Shown: positions 31,219 through 41,583 of the stretch, piece by piece
Layout of the letters: the number at the start of each line of letters is the position of its first letter
Numbering within the stretch: position 1 is the first letter of the stretch
From: a virus
Lineage: Duplodnaviria; Caudoviricetes
Strand: one strand, 5' to 3'
DNA length: 64,000 nt
IMG/VR virus record: IMGVR_UViG_3300047561_001492
Coordinates: 6,103-70,102 of that record
Notes under the pieces: model-generated
Seen by the model: the letters and a program-made list of their open reading frames with translations, nothing else
Database searches by the model: none
Told to the model about the DNA's origin: nothing
Program-made: the position numbers and the translations under genes

Positions 31219-34200
31219 TTACCAACCGCCAGTGATTGGAGTACGTTTCCAAGTATTTGTTGCTGTACAAATATAAATATAATTATTATCATACCTCATG
31301 TCTCCAGCTGTACCACTACCAGTTGGTGTTGTTGGCGCGGTTCCTTGTAAGCGGAGTTGAGCGTCCATAGTACTATACGCACTATTATCAGCTAAACGAA
31401 TTTGAATATCAGCACTGTTACGTCTAATTGATGGAAAGGCGTTAGTTGTGCCGCCGAATTGGATAATTCCAGCAAACTCTGCATTTAAAGCCTTGATGCT
31501 TCCAGATGCATTGGCTGATGTACCACTGCCAATCGCCAATACGCCAGTTGCAGACCTCGACAAGCCCAAGTCAAAAACGGGAGTATCGTTTTGCATCGTG
31601 GCTCCAGCACCCCAGCCAATTACAACACCAGACGCACACCAATGTCTGCTAGCTCTCCAGCTGAAATATGCGTTACTTAGGCTAGGCGTCGTCCCATTGT
31701 AAATTTCAAAATCAGCAAAATTAATTCTTGACCCTATATTTGTAAGTCCTCCGAAACTAATTGCCTGAATATTGTTGTTTCCGACATTGCTTCCTACAGT
31801 AAGTTGCGTTCCCAAAGCCCCATTGCTTATCGTCGCTTGACCGCCTGTTGCAATGGTCATCCGTGTTGTCCCATCTGTCTGAAACTCTAAGGCGCGCGCA
31901 ATTCCACTCCCGCCCTTTTCTGTTCCAATTTGAAGCACGTTACCTGACCATCCGATTTTACCAAACTCTCCACTGTTTGTTCCAGTAGCATTATAAACGC
32001 GAAATTGTTGGGCGCTTAACCCATTACGTTGTGCCATTATATTAGCGGCGTCTCTATTTAAAAACAAGTCTTGCGTTCCATTAAGGGCATCAGTAGAACT
32101 ACTAGTCCAACCAAAATTGCAATTTGACGCCACACGAACTGTATTGCTAGTCATAACAAGAGCTGGAGAACCTAATGATCCACCAGCACCAACAGTAACT
32201 AAAGCTCCGAATGAGCCATCATCTTTTAATGTCGCAATACTTGTCCCACCACGCCTTATATCTAATGTATTTTCAGAAAGTGCATTACCTAATTGATTTA
32301 TTAAAACCTGCCCCTTACTATTCACGTTAAATACGCCAGTATTATTAACGGCGAGGTTTAACAAACTGTTTGTTGTATTAGGAACAAGTCCGCTCGCGCC
32401 GCTATCTAATGTTATATTATAACGAATGCCAGTATAAGTTTGGCCAGTGTTATTCCAAACGCCAGAAATTAAAATGCCAATATGCGATCCACTAACGCTT
32501 GACCCCGTAAATCCACTAAAATAAATATTTGCACCGCTAGATGCTGTGATTTGATTTACGAAAGTTTTTACCCCACTTATAGTTTGATCACCAGTAGTTA
32601 GTACTGCGTAAGTATTAAGAACATTAACGCTTGCGCCGAATGTACCAGTAACGCCAGTTACATATCCGCTCAACGAATTAATTTTCGTATCGAGCGTCAA
32701 ACCAGTAGTCGCAAGATTTGTTATCGTGGCGTAACCGCCTGTTAGCGTTCCGCTCAACGAATTAATTTTCGTATCGAGCGTCAAACCAGTAGTCGCAAGA
32801 TTTGTTATCGTGGCGTAACGCCCAGTAGCAAATCCACTATAAGCCTGTATATCTTGTACCGAAGCAATATCTGGCAATGTTGAAAGATCGCTATTTCTAG
32901 TACTGATTCCAAATTTAAAATTTTTACTATGGTCAAATCCAATAATTGGACCCATGTCATTTATTCCAGTTAGTCCGCTACCAGTAACAAAGAAAATTCC
33001 GCCATCAACCGCGCCACCAGTTAGGTTTAAAAGAAGGTATGGGCTTTGAACGCTAAAATTATTTGTGCTTACAACTGTTTGGGTGCCAGTTACGTATAAG
33101 TTTTTAATGTAAACGTTATCATTGAAGGTTTTTACACCACTGATTGTTTCGTTTCCAAAATTATGAACAACACGACTATCTACAGCAATTGTTTGAAGAG
33201 TATTATCTTTATCTGCACTAAAATCATAGGCTAAATATCTACCATTCCCACCAGAGTAATTATAAAAATTTAAATAATTATTTCCCCAAAGTATTTGATT
33301 ATATCCACTTCCCGCCTCATCATATATTTGTATTACTGGGGTAGTAACAGCTATATTATCCCCGACACTAATTCTATATCTAAATACAGTATCATCTACA
33401 AAAGTTTTAATTCCGCTAATAGTTTGATCACCAGTTGTATAAACAACATTAGATATGGTTCCAGCGGATGCCTCACCAATTAAAAGAACTCCCGTTCCAT
33501 TTACAGTTGGGCGATTACTAAATTGCCAATTACCATACGATACTCCAGTATTATCAGCAAAAATTACATTAAGTCCAGAGAATAAAATTTCTTCACCGTA
33601 GAAATCTTTGTTACCATTAATTGTTTGATTTCCAGTTTTATAAACCAAATTATTTGCTATAATATTTCCAGCTACTTCTAATTTCTCAGATGGGGAGTTA
33701 GTTCCGATACCAACATTCCCAGACTTTGTGATTCTTAGCCTCTCAGTTCCAGCAGAAGGATTTTGGGAAGTAAAGAATTTTATATCTCCACCTTGCCAAT
33801 TATATTGTTCAAAATCATTACCCTCTATTCCAAAAAATACTCCTTTATTAGCACCACTATTATTTAAAATTTCCAACCAAGTTCGGGGGCTATTCGTCTG
33901 AAGACTTAGTGTATATGTAGAATTTGGATCTACTATGCTAGTTGCATCATCACCAATGATTAAACGACCACTTTTAATTTGATTACCAGTTGTATAAAGA
34001 ATTGTAGTCGGTAAAGTTACGGCTGAAGCTTCACCACTTAAGAGTACTCCAGTTCCATTTACAGTTGGGCGTGACGCAAAAGTTTTTTCGCCGCTAATTG
34101 TTTGTGTTCCAGTATTATAAACTAAATTGCGCGCATAGGCGTTCCCTTGGACGCGTAATTCTACAAAAGGACTATACTGTGGATAAGGTGGCTCTATACT

Positions 34201-34647
34201 CACATAACCAATTCCTCCAGCAGCATTGGGCTTCAAAACAATAGAACCCGAATGCATTTCTAATATACTGCTAGAGTCTTCTTGATCAAATATACCATTT
34301 ATATATAAATAATTTCCATACAAATCACGATTAGAAATTAAATCATTATTAAGAAATAGAAAACCATTTATTGTATTACCAAAATAATCAGAATATATTG
34401 AATTAGATCCGTAACCCCATTGAGCATTGTATTCATTAATATTTATATACCCTTGCGAAGAATCATTATTTTTATTATTGACTCTAAAGGTTTGATTAGT
34501 ATCATATCTAAATATTTTTGCACCACTAATAGTTTGATTTCCAGTAGTGCCAACCGCAGAAATTTCCAGTGGGGTCAATACAGTCTCTTGATATTGACTA
34601 CTTCCAGTAACGTATTTAGGAACTATAATTTGATTATTTAAAGGCAT
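31219..34647 (-). CDS. Long tail fibre protein (1142 aa)
   Basis: Repeated 'VYTTGDQTISG.KTF' and 'RPTVNGTGVLL' motifs, 'GNVGIGTNSPSEKLEV' fibre motif, C-terminal 'GDMRYDNNYIYICTATNTWKR'. Confidence 0.8.
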   Translation of the reverse strand: MPLNNQIIVPKYVTGSSQYQETVLTPLEISAVGTTGNQTISGAKIFRYDTNQTFRVNNKNNDSSQGYININEYNAQWGYGSNSIYSDYFGNTINGFLFLNNDLISNRDLYGNYLYINGIFDQEDSSSILEMHSGSIVLKPNAAGGIGYVSIEPPYPQYSPFVELRVQGNAYARNLVYNTGTQTISGEKTFASRPTVNGTGVLLSGEASAVTLPTTILYTTGNQIKSGRLIIGDDATSIVDPNSTYTLSLQTNSPRTWLEILNNSGANKGVFFGIEGNDFEQYNWQGGDIKFFTSQNPSAGTERLRITKSGNVGIGTNSPSEKLEVAGNIIANNLVYKTGNQTINGNKDFYGEEILFSGLNVIFADNTGVSYGNWQFSNRPTVNGTGVLLIGEASAGTISNVVYTTGDQTISGIKTFVDDTVFRYRISVGDNIAVTTPVIQIYDEAGSGYNQILWGNNYLNFYNYSGGNGRYLAYDFSADKDNTLQTIAVDSRVVHNFGNETISGVKTFNDNVYIKNLYVTGTQTVVSTNNFSVQSPYLLLNLTGGAVDGGIFFVTGSGLTGINDMGPIIGFDHSKNFKFGISTRNSDLSTLPDIASVQDIQAYSGFATGRYATITNLATTGLTLDTKINSLSGTLTGGYATITNLATTGLTLDTKINSLSGYVTGVTGTFGASVNVLNTYAVLTTGDQTISGVKTFVNQITASSGANIYFSGFTGSSVSGSHIGILISGVWNNTGQTYTGIRYNITLDSGASGLVPNTTNSLLNLAVNNTGVFNVNSKGQVLINQLGNALSENTLDIRRGGTSIATLKDDGSFGALVTVGAGGSLGSPALVMTSNTVRVASNCNFGWTSSSTDALNGTQDLFLNRDAANIMAQRNGLSAQQFRVYNATGTNSGEFGKIGWSGNVLQIGTEKGGSGIARALEFQTDGTTRMTIATGGQATISNGALGTQLTVGSNVGNNNIQAISFGGLTNIGSRINFADFEIYNGTTPSLSNAYFSWRASRHWCASGVVIGWGAGATMQNDTPVFDLGLSRSATGVLAIGSGTSANASGSIKALNAEFAGIIQFGGTTNAFPSIRRNSADIQIRLADNSAYSTMDAQLRLQGTAPTTPTGSGTAGDMRYDNNYIYICTATNTWKRTPITGGW
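32666..32819. repeat. Two identical 70-bp copies, period 84 nt, inside the fibre gene
   Basis: 32666-32735 = 32750-32819; encodes YATITNLATTGLTLDTKINSLSG twice. Confidence 0.95.
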
Positions 34648-34651
34648 AAAA

Positions 34652-35776
34652 TTACCAATTTGCTATTGCGACCCTTCTCCATGTATTTAAATTTACACAA
34701 ATATATATATATACCCCATCATAAGCAACTGCCCCACGAGATCCAATTGAGGTAGATGATTGTGGTACTACAGATGTAAATTCTAATAATTGACTAAAAA
34801 CAGCAGATAATGGTATCGCCGTTCCATTATATGTTCTATCATAGATTGAATCTCTTAACATCAACCATGAATCATAACTTGCTTCTGGAGCCTGTGTATC
34901 TTTAGTTAATTGGTATCCATAACCACCAATTGTTGTCTGATATGGAGTTTGAACTATATATTCTTGTACGACATTAGTTGAAGATGGCGTAGAAGAAAGT
35001 TTATCCGCTTGTAAATTAATAATATTTTCTAAATTTTGTGAGGGATAAAATTTAGGAACACCAGTGTAAGGAGTTTGTGCGAAGACCTTTTCCCATTCAA
35101 CAATCGGATCCCATGGTGGGCGAACACCACCCATTGAAACAAAACTAAAAGTAGATCTATATAAAGTCATTGGAGTATCATTCTCAAATTGTTTATATAA
35201 AATTTCTAATTTACCATCTGATTGTCTATTATATTCTGTCCATATATATGGACTAGCAGGTCCCATTTTAATATATTTATTTTCAGATTTTTTGTAAAAA
35301 TATCCAGAAACAAGCGCATCCATATAACCAGAACCACCTATACTATTGATATATCTTGGATCTGAGATTGCATAACCAATACCTGTAGATATTTTATTTT
35401 GATAACCAGTAATATTATATCCACCGATAATTTGGTTAACATCATTAAGCGTAGCCACTTCATAATTTTTATATTGAAGTCCTAAGTTAAAATTTTTATA
35501 ACCGCCTATGGTTTGATCACCAGTGGTATAAACAGCGTTATTAATTTGTGTTTGTAAAATTCCACTTGCACCGGTAATACTAACATTTTCTACATTACTT
35601 AATCCTATGTCTGAGTTATTAATAGTTACATATCCAATTTTACCATTAACCGCCAAAACTGGTGAGTAATCCTGCTGAACGTCTATATAAACGTCCTGTT
35701 TATCAAACTCAACCTGAACTACATCAACTGGTTTGGGCTGCTCATCATCTATATTAATATAAATATCATCGGACAT
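34652..35776 (-). CDS. Fibre-like protein (374 aa)
   Basis: One 'VYTTGDQTIGG.KNF' motif; C-terminus 'GAVAYDGVYIYICVNLNTWRR' matches that of 31219..34647. Confidence 0.6.
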   Translation of the reverse strand: MSDDIYINIDDEQPKPVDVVQVEFDKQDVYIDVQQDYSPVLAVNGKIGYVTINNSDIGLSNVENVSITGASGILQTQINNAVYTTGDQTIGGYKNFNLGLQYKNYEVATLNDVNQIIGGYNITGYQNKISTGIGYAISDPRYINSIGGSGYMDALVSGYFYKKSENKYIKMGPASPYIWTEYNRQSDGKLEILYKQFENDTPMTLYRSTFSFVSMGGVRPPWDPIVEWEKVFAQTPYTGVPKFYPSQNLENIINLQADKLSSTPSSTNVVQEYIVQTPYQTTIGGYGYQLTKDTQAPEASYDSWLMLRDSIYDRTYNGTAIPLSAVFSQLLEFTSVVPQSSTSIGSRGAVAYDGVYIYICVNLNTWRRVAIANW

Positions 35777-35777
35777 A

Positions 35778-36125
35778 TTATACGCTAGTTATATCTCCAT
35801 CAATAGGAAGTGTTCCTTTTAAATACGTTCGAGTAGAAGCGCCAGATACTAATTGTAAATCATAAGAATAAATTCCTGGCATCATGCGCATACAATTGCC
35901 AGAACGCGGTAAAAGTGTTACTGTGTTACCACTAATTCTCATTGAACTATCAGCGGTTATCCATTGGACAACAACTGGTAAATCTTGCGCCTGTCTGACT
36001 TGCAGTGCGCCAGAAACACCACTCAAATTAATACCACTGCCCGAATTATTATAAAAACGAAAAGTAATAGGCCCGTAAGTGTCACCACGGTACCCAGTCG
36101 GTAAATTATAAATGGCAGGATTCAT
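35778..36125 (-). CDS. BppU-N-like Ig domain protein (115 aa)
   Basis: 'YNL...RGDTY...INLSG...GIYSYDLQL...TYLKGTL' pattern. Confidence 0.6.
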   Translation of the reverse strand: MNPAIYNLPTGYRGDTYGPITFRFYNNSGSGINLSGVSGALQVRQAQDLPVVVQWITADSSMRISGNTVTLLPRSGNCMRMMPGIYSYDLQLVSGASTRTYLKGTLPIDGDITSV

Positions 36126-36180
36126 ATAATTATCCTATAATTACACTATTATTACTAAGCTGGATATTTAATATTTAAGC

Positions 36181-37071
36181 TTACGTAATAGTTAAATCTT
36201 TTATAATAGCTTGCTCTACAGTACTACTATTACATCTAAAAACAAAATTATCAAATGTATAGTAATTACTATTAGGAATATTATTAAAATTATGGGTATA
36301 TGTTGTCGTGCATATAAATGACTCCCCACTTTTAACTGAAGATGTAATACGACAACCTGTCGTATTTATTCTATTTACTGTTAAAGAATATTTATAGTAA
36401 GTAATACCATTATTTATAGATTCAGCATTACTTACCGAAAGAGGCTTATTAGCTTCAGAAATAGGCGCATTTAAACCAGTAGGTGATAAACCAGATGGAC
36501 TATAAGAAGATACATTTCCAATTGAATTAATTAATCTTCCATAACCACTTAAATCCGTTGGATTTGTACCATCATATGGAGTAGGATCTTTATATCTAAC
36601 TCTAATTGCAAATGCAGTATCATCATCAAAAGTTTCACCACTTTTAAGCTGTGGAACACAAGTACCACTAAATTTTATCTTGCTTGTACTCAAAGTTGTA
36701 ATATATCCCTCGTAATTACGAAATAATTGTCCACTATTAGATAGGCCATCTATAGTTACTGGATAATTATTTGAATTAAATAATCCAAATCTAATAGCAC
36801 CATCTTTGGAGTAATAGCATCCTTCAGATATTGAATTTCCAGTATATAGTGCAAAATCACAAGTAATATTTAAACTTTGACCAACTTGAAGAGTTTTTGG
36901 ACCACTTGGAAAATTATATATATATCCACCTGGATTACTTTGGGTAAAATCCATATATACTTTATTATTATAAATTTCTAATGGACATTCTGATCCTAAA
37001 GCTTTTTTCCAATATATTCTACCAACTTCTCTGGTTAAACTACCAGCATTTCCTACGTAATTACTAAGCAT
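36181..37071 (-). CDS. Hypothetical beta-sandwich virion protein (296 aa)
   Basis: ORF track; start overlaps the stop of 37071..37901. Confidence 0.5.
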   Translation of the reverse strand: MLSNYVGNAGSLTREVGRIYWKKALGSECPLEIYNNKVYMDFTQSNPGGYIYNFPSGPKTLQVGQSLNITCDFALYTGNSISEGCYYSKDGAIRFGLFNSNNYPVTIDGLSNSGQLFRNYEGYITTLSTSKIKFSGTCVPQLKSGETFDDDTAFAIRVRYKDPTPYDGTNPTDLSGYGRLINSIGNVSSYSPSGLSPTGLNAPISEANKPLSVSNAESINNGITYYKYSLTVNRINTTGCRITSSVKSGESFICTTTYTHNFNNIPNSNYYTFDNFVFRCNSSTVEQAIIKDLTIT

Positions 37072-37901
37072 TAATTTAAATCTCCGTATAGTAGAAATCC
37101 ATTATTTCCAGTATTTATTAATGAAATAACTGCGTACTGTCCAGCACTACTATATAATCCCAATCTTTGTTGGCGAGACGCGGGAGAAGTCGCGGCAATA
37201 GTTATTTTTCCAGCGCCAACTTGCGTTAGACTAACATTGTAGCCCTCTTGTAGTCCGACTGGTAAAGTAGCATTAATAGGAGTAGCAGAATTAACAAGTA
37301 TCATCTTACCATTCATAGTGCTATCAAAATTAAAAGCACTTGTTTGAGTATTAAATAAAATATTAGAATTAATTCCAGAATTAAAAGTCGGCGTTCCAGA
37401 AAATACCACATTTGCATCTTTATTAAATGTGACGTTAACGCCAGAGTAAAGAACTGTATTAGATACGAAAGTTTTAGTGCCGTTAATAGTTTGATCTTGC
37501 GTAGTATAAACAATAGTTTTATTACCACTTAAAAGAACTCCAGTTCCATTAATAGTTGGAAGGTTTACAAATCTTGCAGAATTTATATTTACTGTTCCTG
37601 TAAAAGTTTTAATTCCACTAATCGTTTGATCGCCAGTTGTATAAAAAACATTAGCTCCAGCGGACGAAGCTTCACCACTTAAAAGAACTCCACTTCCATT
37701 TACATTTGGACGCAATAGGAACTTTGTATCGCCACTGATTGTTTGAGTTGCATTAATAGTCAATAAATTTGGAGCTAATAGTGCTTTATTTGTTCTTAAT
37801 TCTAATCCCTCAAGAACTATTCTTTGATTAGGATGATCAATATAAAATTTTTGTCCAGATGTGGTACCAGAATTAGAATAATAAAAGATTTGATTTGACA
37901 T
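37071..37901 (-). CDS. Short fibre-like protein (276 aa)
   Basis: Three 'T(G/Q)DQTI(S/N)G.KTF'-type motifs and two 'P..NG.GVLLSG' motifs. Confidence 0.6.
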   Translation of the reverse strand: MSNQIFYYSNSGTTSGQKFYIDHPNQRIVLEGLELRTNKALLAPNLLTINATQTISGDTKFLLRPNVNGSGVLLSGEASSAGANVFYTTGDQTISGIKTFTGTVNINSARFVNLPTINGTGVLLSGNKTIVYTTQDQTINGTKTFVSNTVLYSGVNVTFNKDANVVFSGTPTFNSGINSNILFNTQTSAFNFDSTMNGKMILVNSATPINATLPVGLQEGYNVSLTQVGAGKITIAATSPASRQQRLGLYSSAGQYAVISLINTGNNGFLLYGDLN

Positions 37902-37908
37902 ATATTTA

Positions 37909-38862
37909 TCAGCCAGAGGTTAACTCTTCATCAGTAATTACACAATTTTGTAATATTCCATTTAAGTTACTAAGAAATGAAAATTGTCCACCAGTACAAT
38001 TAATATATGTACCATTAGAAGCTAGAGTACCGAAAAAACATTGACCTTTTCCAATACAATTTATAAAAGTTCCTTCTGAAACACTAAAACCATAAGAATT
38101 ATCTCCACTTTTACAATTTAAAAAATAAGCAGATGTAGATGTGAATCCCTCTCCACTAGTTGACCCACCACCAAAGCACCAATCGCCACCAATACAATTT
38201 TCAAAATAACCACTAGCGGTTGATTCTCCAGAACCAAATGAAAGTTTTCCTGCATTACAATCGATAAACCGCCCAGAAGCATTTCCACCCGAACCAAATG
38301 AATAAGATCCAGCTTTACAATTTTTAAAAATTCCACTATACTCAATACCAATTCTCATTGAGAATGCCACTCCACTTGAACCATAATTTATATCTGCAGT
38401 AGTTCCTTTACATTCTATATTTTCTAAATATGCAAGATTTAAATTTGTATTTGGAAAATAAGACGATGGATCTGATTCACTTAAATTTTTAACATAAGTA
38501 GTATTAGTATTTTCTATAGTTAAATTATATAATTTTACGTCATTTGCAGTTTGTTGCACTGTTCCGCGATTAATAACAGCAACATTACTCGTAATATAAT
38601 GTTTACTTCTATCTGAAGTTGAACCAATGATATCTATATATTGAGTATCAAGAATTAAACTTTGTGTGCCAAAATCGTAAATTGCTGGTGGCAAAATAAG
38701 CGAGAGTCTATTCGTATCAGAAAGGGAATTACCATTTGGTAATGTTGCTTTTGCTTGCGCATAAGCAGCTAATAAATTCGATCCATTAGTTACTTTATTA
38801 TCACCGACTGTAACGGTAATATAATTAGCGGCACGATTTGTTATATGAATTGTTGTGGGCAT
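37909..38862 (-). CDS. Beta-helix repeat protein (317 aa)
   Basis: C-terminal 'G.F.NC..G..SFG' repeats. Confidence 0.6.
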   Translation of the reverse strand: MPTTIHITNRAANYITVTVGDNKVTNGSNLLAAYAQAKATLPNGNSLSDTNRLSLILPPAIYDFGTQSLILDTQYIDIIGSTSDRSKHYITSNVAVINRGTVQQTANDVKLYNLTIENTNTTYVKNLSESDPSSYFPNTNLNLAYLENIECKGTTADINYGSSGVAFSMRIGIEYSGIFKNCKAGSYSFGSGGNASGRFIDCNAGKLSFGSGESTASGYFENCIGGDWCFGGGSTSGEGFTSTSAYFLNCKSGDNSYGFSVSEGTFINCIGKGQCFFGTLASNGTYINCTGGQFSFLSNLNGILQNCVITDEELTSG

Positions 38863-38897
38863 ATTTATTAGTTTTTAATATATACTCTATTACACTA

Positions 38898-40586
38898 TCA
38901 AGTTGCGTCTGTAACTACTAGTTGATCATTATCATTAAAATAACTCAAACGAACAGCGCCGCTTGAATTTCTAAAAATTCTTTTGTTATACGTTCCAGAA
39001 TATATGTGCGAACTATTACTAAAATTACATGCTGATATGCTATCTTCAATTGTATTCGATTTCATCGGTGCTCCACTTCCAGTATTATAGACAAAATTAT
39101 TTGCAATAGTATTATTTTGACCACTATTTCCAATAGTATTATTTTGAAAAGTATTTCCAATAGTATTATTTTGAAAAGTATTTCCAATAGTATTATTTTG
39201 AAAATTATTTCCAATCGTATTCAATTGACATGATACTCCAAATTTATTATATCTTATATTATTTCCTAAAATATTATTATTAAAATTAGTACCAAAACTA
39301 CAATTAATTAAAATACTATTAGTTTGATTATTATTAAAAATTTGGCCGAACAGGTTGGCAGTGGTACCAATTCCAATTATATTGGATTGAAAATTTGAAA
39401 TAACATTCGCACTAAAAGTATCACCTATAGTATTACCTATCATATTACTGGCTTGAACTACATTTCGAATAAAATTAAATCCTATATTATTATATGTAAA
39501 CAATGTAGCACAATTTATTAAATTTAAATAACAATTATGAGCAATTTTTACTCTATTAAAAGATGAGTTATCGCCATTATAAAATACATTACACCACCCT
39601 CCTTTGATTTCAATATCATAAACGTTTTTATTTATATTAAAAGATCCTTGGCTAGTGACACTATTTGTGAATGTAGGTTGTTGAATTCTTGTACCAGTAT
39701 CTGCTGGCAAATTTATAAGTAAACCAGTCTTACAATAAGCTCTGAATCCGAATTCTTCATCAGTCGGATAATATGTAGTAAGTTCATATGAACTAGCAGT
39801 AACTGCTGACCAATAACCTGCACTACTTGCCAGCAATGGATTATTTAAATTTCTATCTGTTAATGAGTAATATAACTTATTCCCCCCATCAGATTTAACA
39901 ACATTAAACATATTATAAGTAATTCCAGTATCATATACGGCAACGGAACTTGAATCTGGTCTGCAACAATTAACTGTAATATTACGCCAATCCCAACCTA
40001 TATCTATGTTTAATTTATTGTCTATTCTTCTATAAATCCAGCCTTTAAAACCAGATATCCCTAAATTATTATTAATTTGTCCCCATGAGTAAGATCCACT
40101 AGCATCTATATCATAATAAACTGTATCTTGAGGATATATTTCCGATATTGCCTGATGTAATATTTTATTGCCACTAGTAGCCAAAACAATAAGTGGTTCT
40201 GGAGCCAAACCAGATTTGACTGTTTTGTCATTTAAAGATTGGTTCCACCACATAAGATGAAAATCTGATATTCTATAATATTGTCCTGGTGCTAATGCAT
40301 TATTAGCTTTCAAACCAGTTAGTTCTGAATATGTTGTATTTATAATTGACTTAACACCTACTGGCGCATCAGGATTTGGGGCCGCTCCAGTAGTAATTAC
40401 TTGACTCCATTTATTTGAATTAAAGTCTTCTAAAAAATATAATTTTTGAGTTTGAGTCACATATCCTTGCATCCCAGCATATTTAAATGCTGAACCCGTT
40501 AATTGGCTATACGTCTCAACTACATATCTCGAATCTAAAGGTATTCGTGATGGAAGGTCAAAATTTGTTGAAAGTTGTATACCCAT
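38898..40586 (-). CDS. Tailspike-like beta-helix protein (562 aa)
   Basis: Asn/Gly-rich 'NNTIGNxFQ' repeats in the C-terminal half. Confidence 0.6.
   Translation of the reverse strand: MGIQLSTNFDLPSRIPLDSRYVVETYSQLTGSAFKYAGMQGYVTQTQKLYFLEDFNSNKWSQVITTGAAPNPDAPVGVKSIINTTYSELTGLKANNALAPGQYYRISDFHLMWWNQSLNDKTVKSGLAPEPLIVLATSGNKILHQAISEIYPQDTVYYDIDASGSYSWGQINNNLGISGFKGWIYRRIDNKLNIDIGWDWRNITVNCCRPDSSSVAVYDTGITYNMFNVVKSDGGNKLYYSLTDRNLNNPLLASSAGYWSAVTASSYELTTYYPTDEEFGFRAYCKTGLLINLPADTGTRIQQPTFTNSVTSQGSFNINKNVYDIEIKGGWCNVFYNGDNSSFNRVKIAHNCYLNLINCATLFTYNNIGFNFIRNVVQASNMIGNTIGDTFSANVISNFQSNIIGIGTTANLFGQIFNNNQTNSILINCSFGTNFNNNILGNNIRYNKFGVSCQLNTIGNNFQNNTIGNTFQNNTIGNTFQNNTIGNSGQNNTIANNFVYNTGSGAPMKSNTIEDSISACNFSNSSHIYSGTYNKRIFRNSSGAVRLSYFNDNDQLVVTDAT
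39098..39220. repeat. 27-bp tandem repeat (~4.5 units)
   Basis: Unit TATTTCCAATAGTATTATTTTGAAAAG at 39125 and 39152, near-identical at 39179, degenerate at 39098 and 39206. Confidence 0.9.
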
Positions 40587-40588
40587 AA

Positions 40589-41581
40589 TTAAAAATTAAA
40601 AGTCATAATAAAGCTAGTATTTGTTGACGGATATATTGATTGATATATTCTATATGTATAAGATGTTACACCATCTTGTAAAATTAAATTTGCAGTTCTA
40701 TTAGACCATGAAGTTATAATATTAAATTGACTTGGATCTATAATTGATGTTAATAGTCCCCAATCATCAGGATAAGCATAATAGAAATGATTATTTACTG
40801 TATTAAAGGTCAATACTCTACTACCCCGAGTATTTAAAGAGTAGCGCATAGATTGGACGGCATTAATTCCATTAGCACCCTCGCCATGCCAATTTGGTGC
40901 GACAAATTGAACACTCTGAGTGCTAGTTATACCAATCGGAGTTCCTTTATTACCTATAGTCACCCTTGCACTTAAATTTACCGAACTATTTAATGATAAT
41001 GTAGTAGGAGTTATATAATATGTAGACGTACCCAAGTTGGGACTCGCAATTGTTCTTAAGACGCTATTTCCACTAAAAAGCTCTAGATTAGATATAGAAG
41101 TCTCTTGGTTTTGATTTATTGTTACTTCATATGGAACATTTGAAAATGTAACTCCGAGTTCTCTTAGCGAATATCCCGCAAGAGTAATTGTAGCTGGTTG
41201 ATATGGAAAATAAACACCATTTAAAAAAGTTACTACATCCTGCCCATTTTGTAGTATATTACTACTAGCAGAAATAATATCCCCAGTAGTGGCTAAACCC
41301 GTTCCATTAAAAAAGGGTCTAGATGTAAAAGTTTTTATACCACTAACTGTTTGGTTACCAGTATTATAAACTAAATTTGGGGCGATAACCTCAGAACTAA
41401 AAGTTTTTTTATCACCAATTATTTGATTACCAGTGGTATATACGACATTTTGACCAGATTGATAACTATTAATAACAAAGTTTAACTCATCTGGAGTAAT
41501 AAAAAAATCATTACCATAACCGCTAATTAAATCAGCAATATCTGGATGTAGTTGATTTTTACGTATTAAACTTTTAGCCAT
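40589..41581 (-). CDS. Virion structural protein with fibre-type motifs (330 aa)
   Basis: Two 'VY(T/N)TGNQ..G.KTF' motifs; start 2 nt after the portal stop. Confidence 0.6.
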   Translation of the reverse strand: MAKSLIRKNQLHPDIADLISGYGNDFFITPDELNFVINSYQSGQNVVYTTGNQIIGDKKTFSSEVIAPNLVYNTGNQTVSGIKTFTSRPFFNGTGLATTGDIISASSNILQNGQDVVTFLNGVYFPYQPATITLAGYSLRELGVTFSNVPYEVTINQNQETSISNLELFSGNSVLRTIASPNLGTSTYYITPTTLSLNSSVNLSARVTIGNKGTPIGITSTQSVQFVAPNWHGEGANGINAVQSMRYSLNTRGSRVLTFNTVNNHFYYAYPDDWGLLTSIIDPSQFNIITSWSNRTANLILQDGVTSYTYRIYQSIYPSTNTSFIMTFNF

Positions 41582-41583
41582 AT

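Noticed and set aside
31219-40586. Diversity-generating retroelement acting on the fibres
   Set aside because: No reverse transcriptase and no template/variable repeat pair differing only at adenines was seen.
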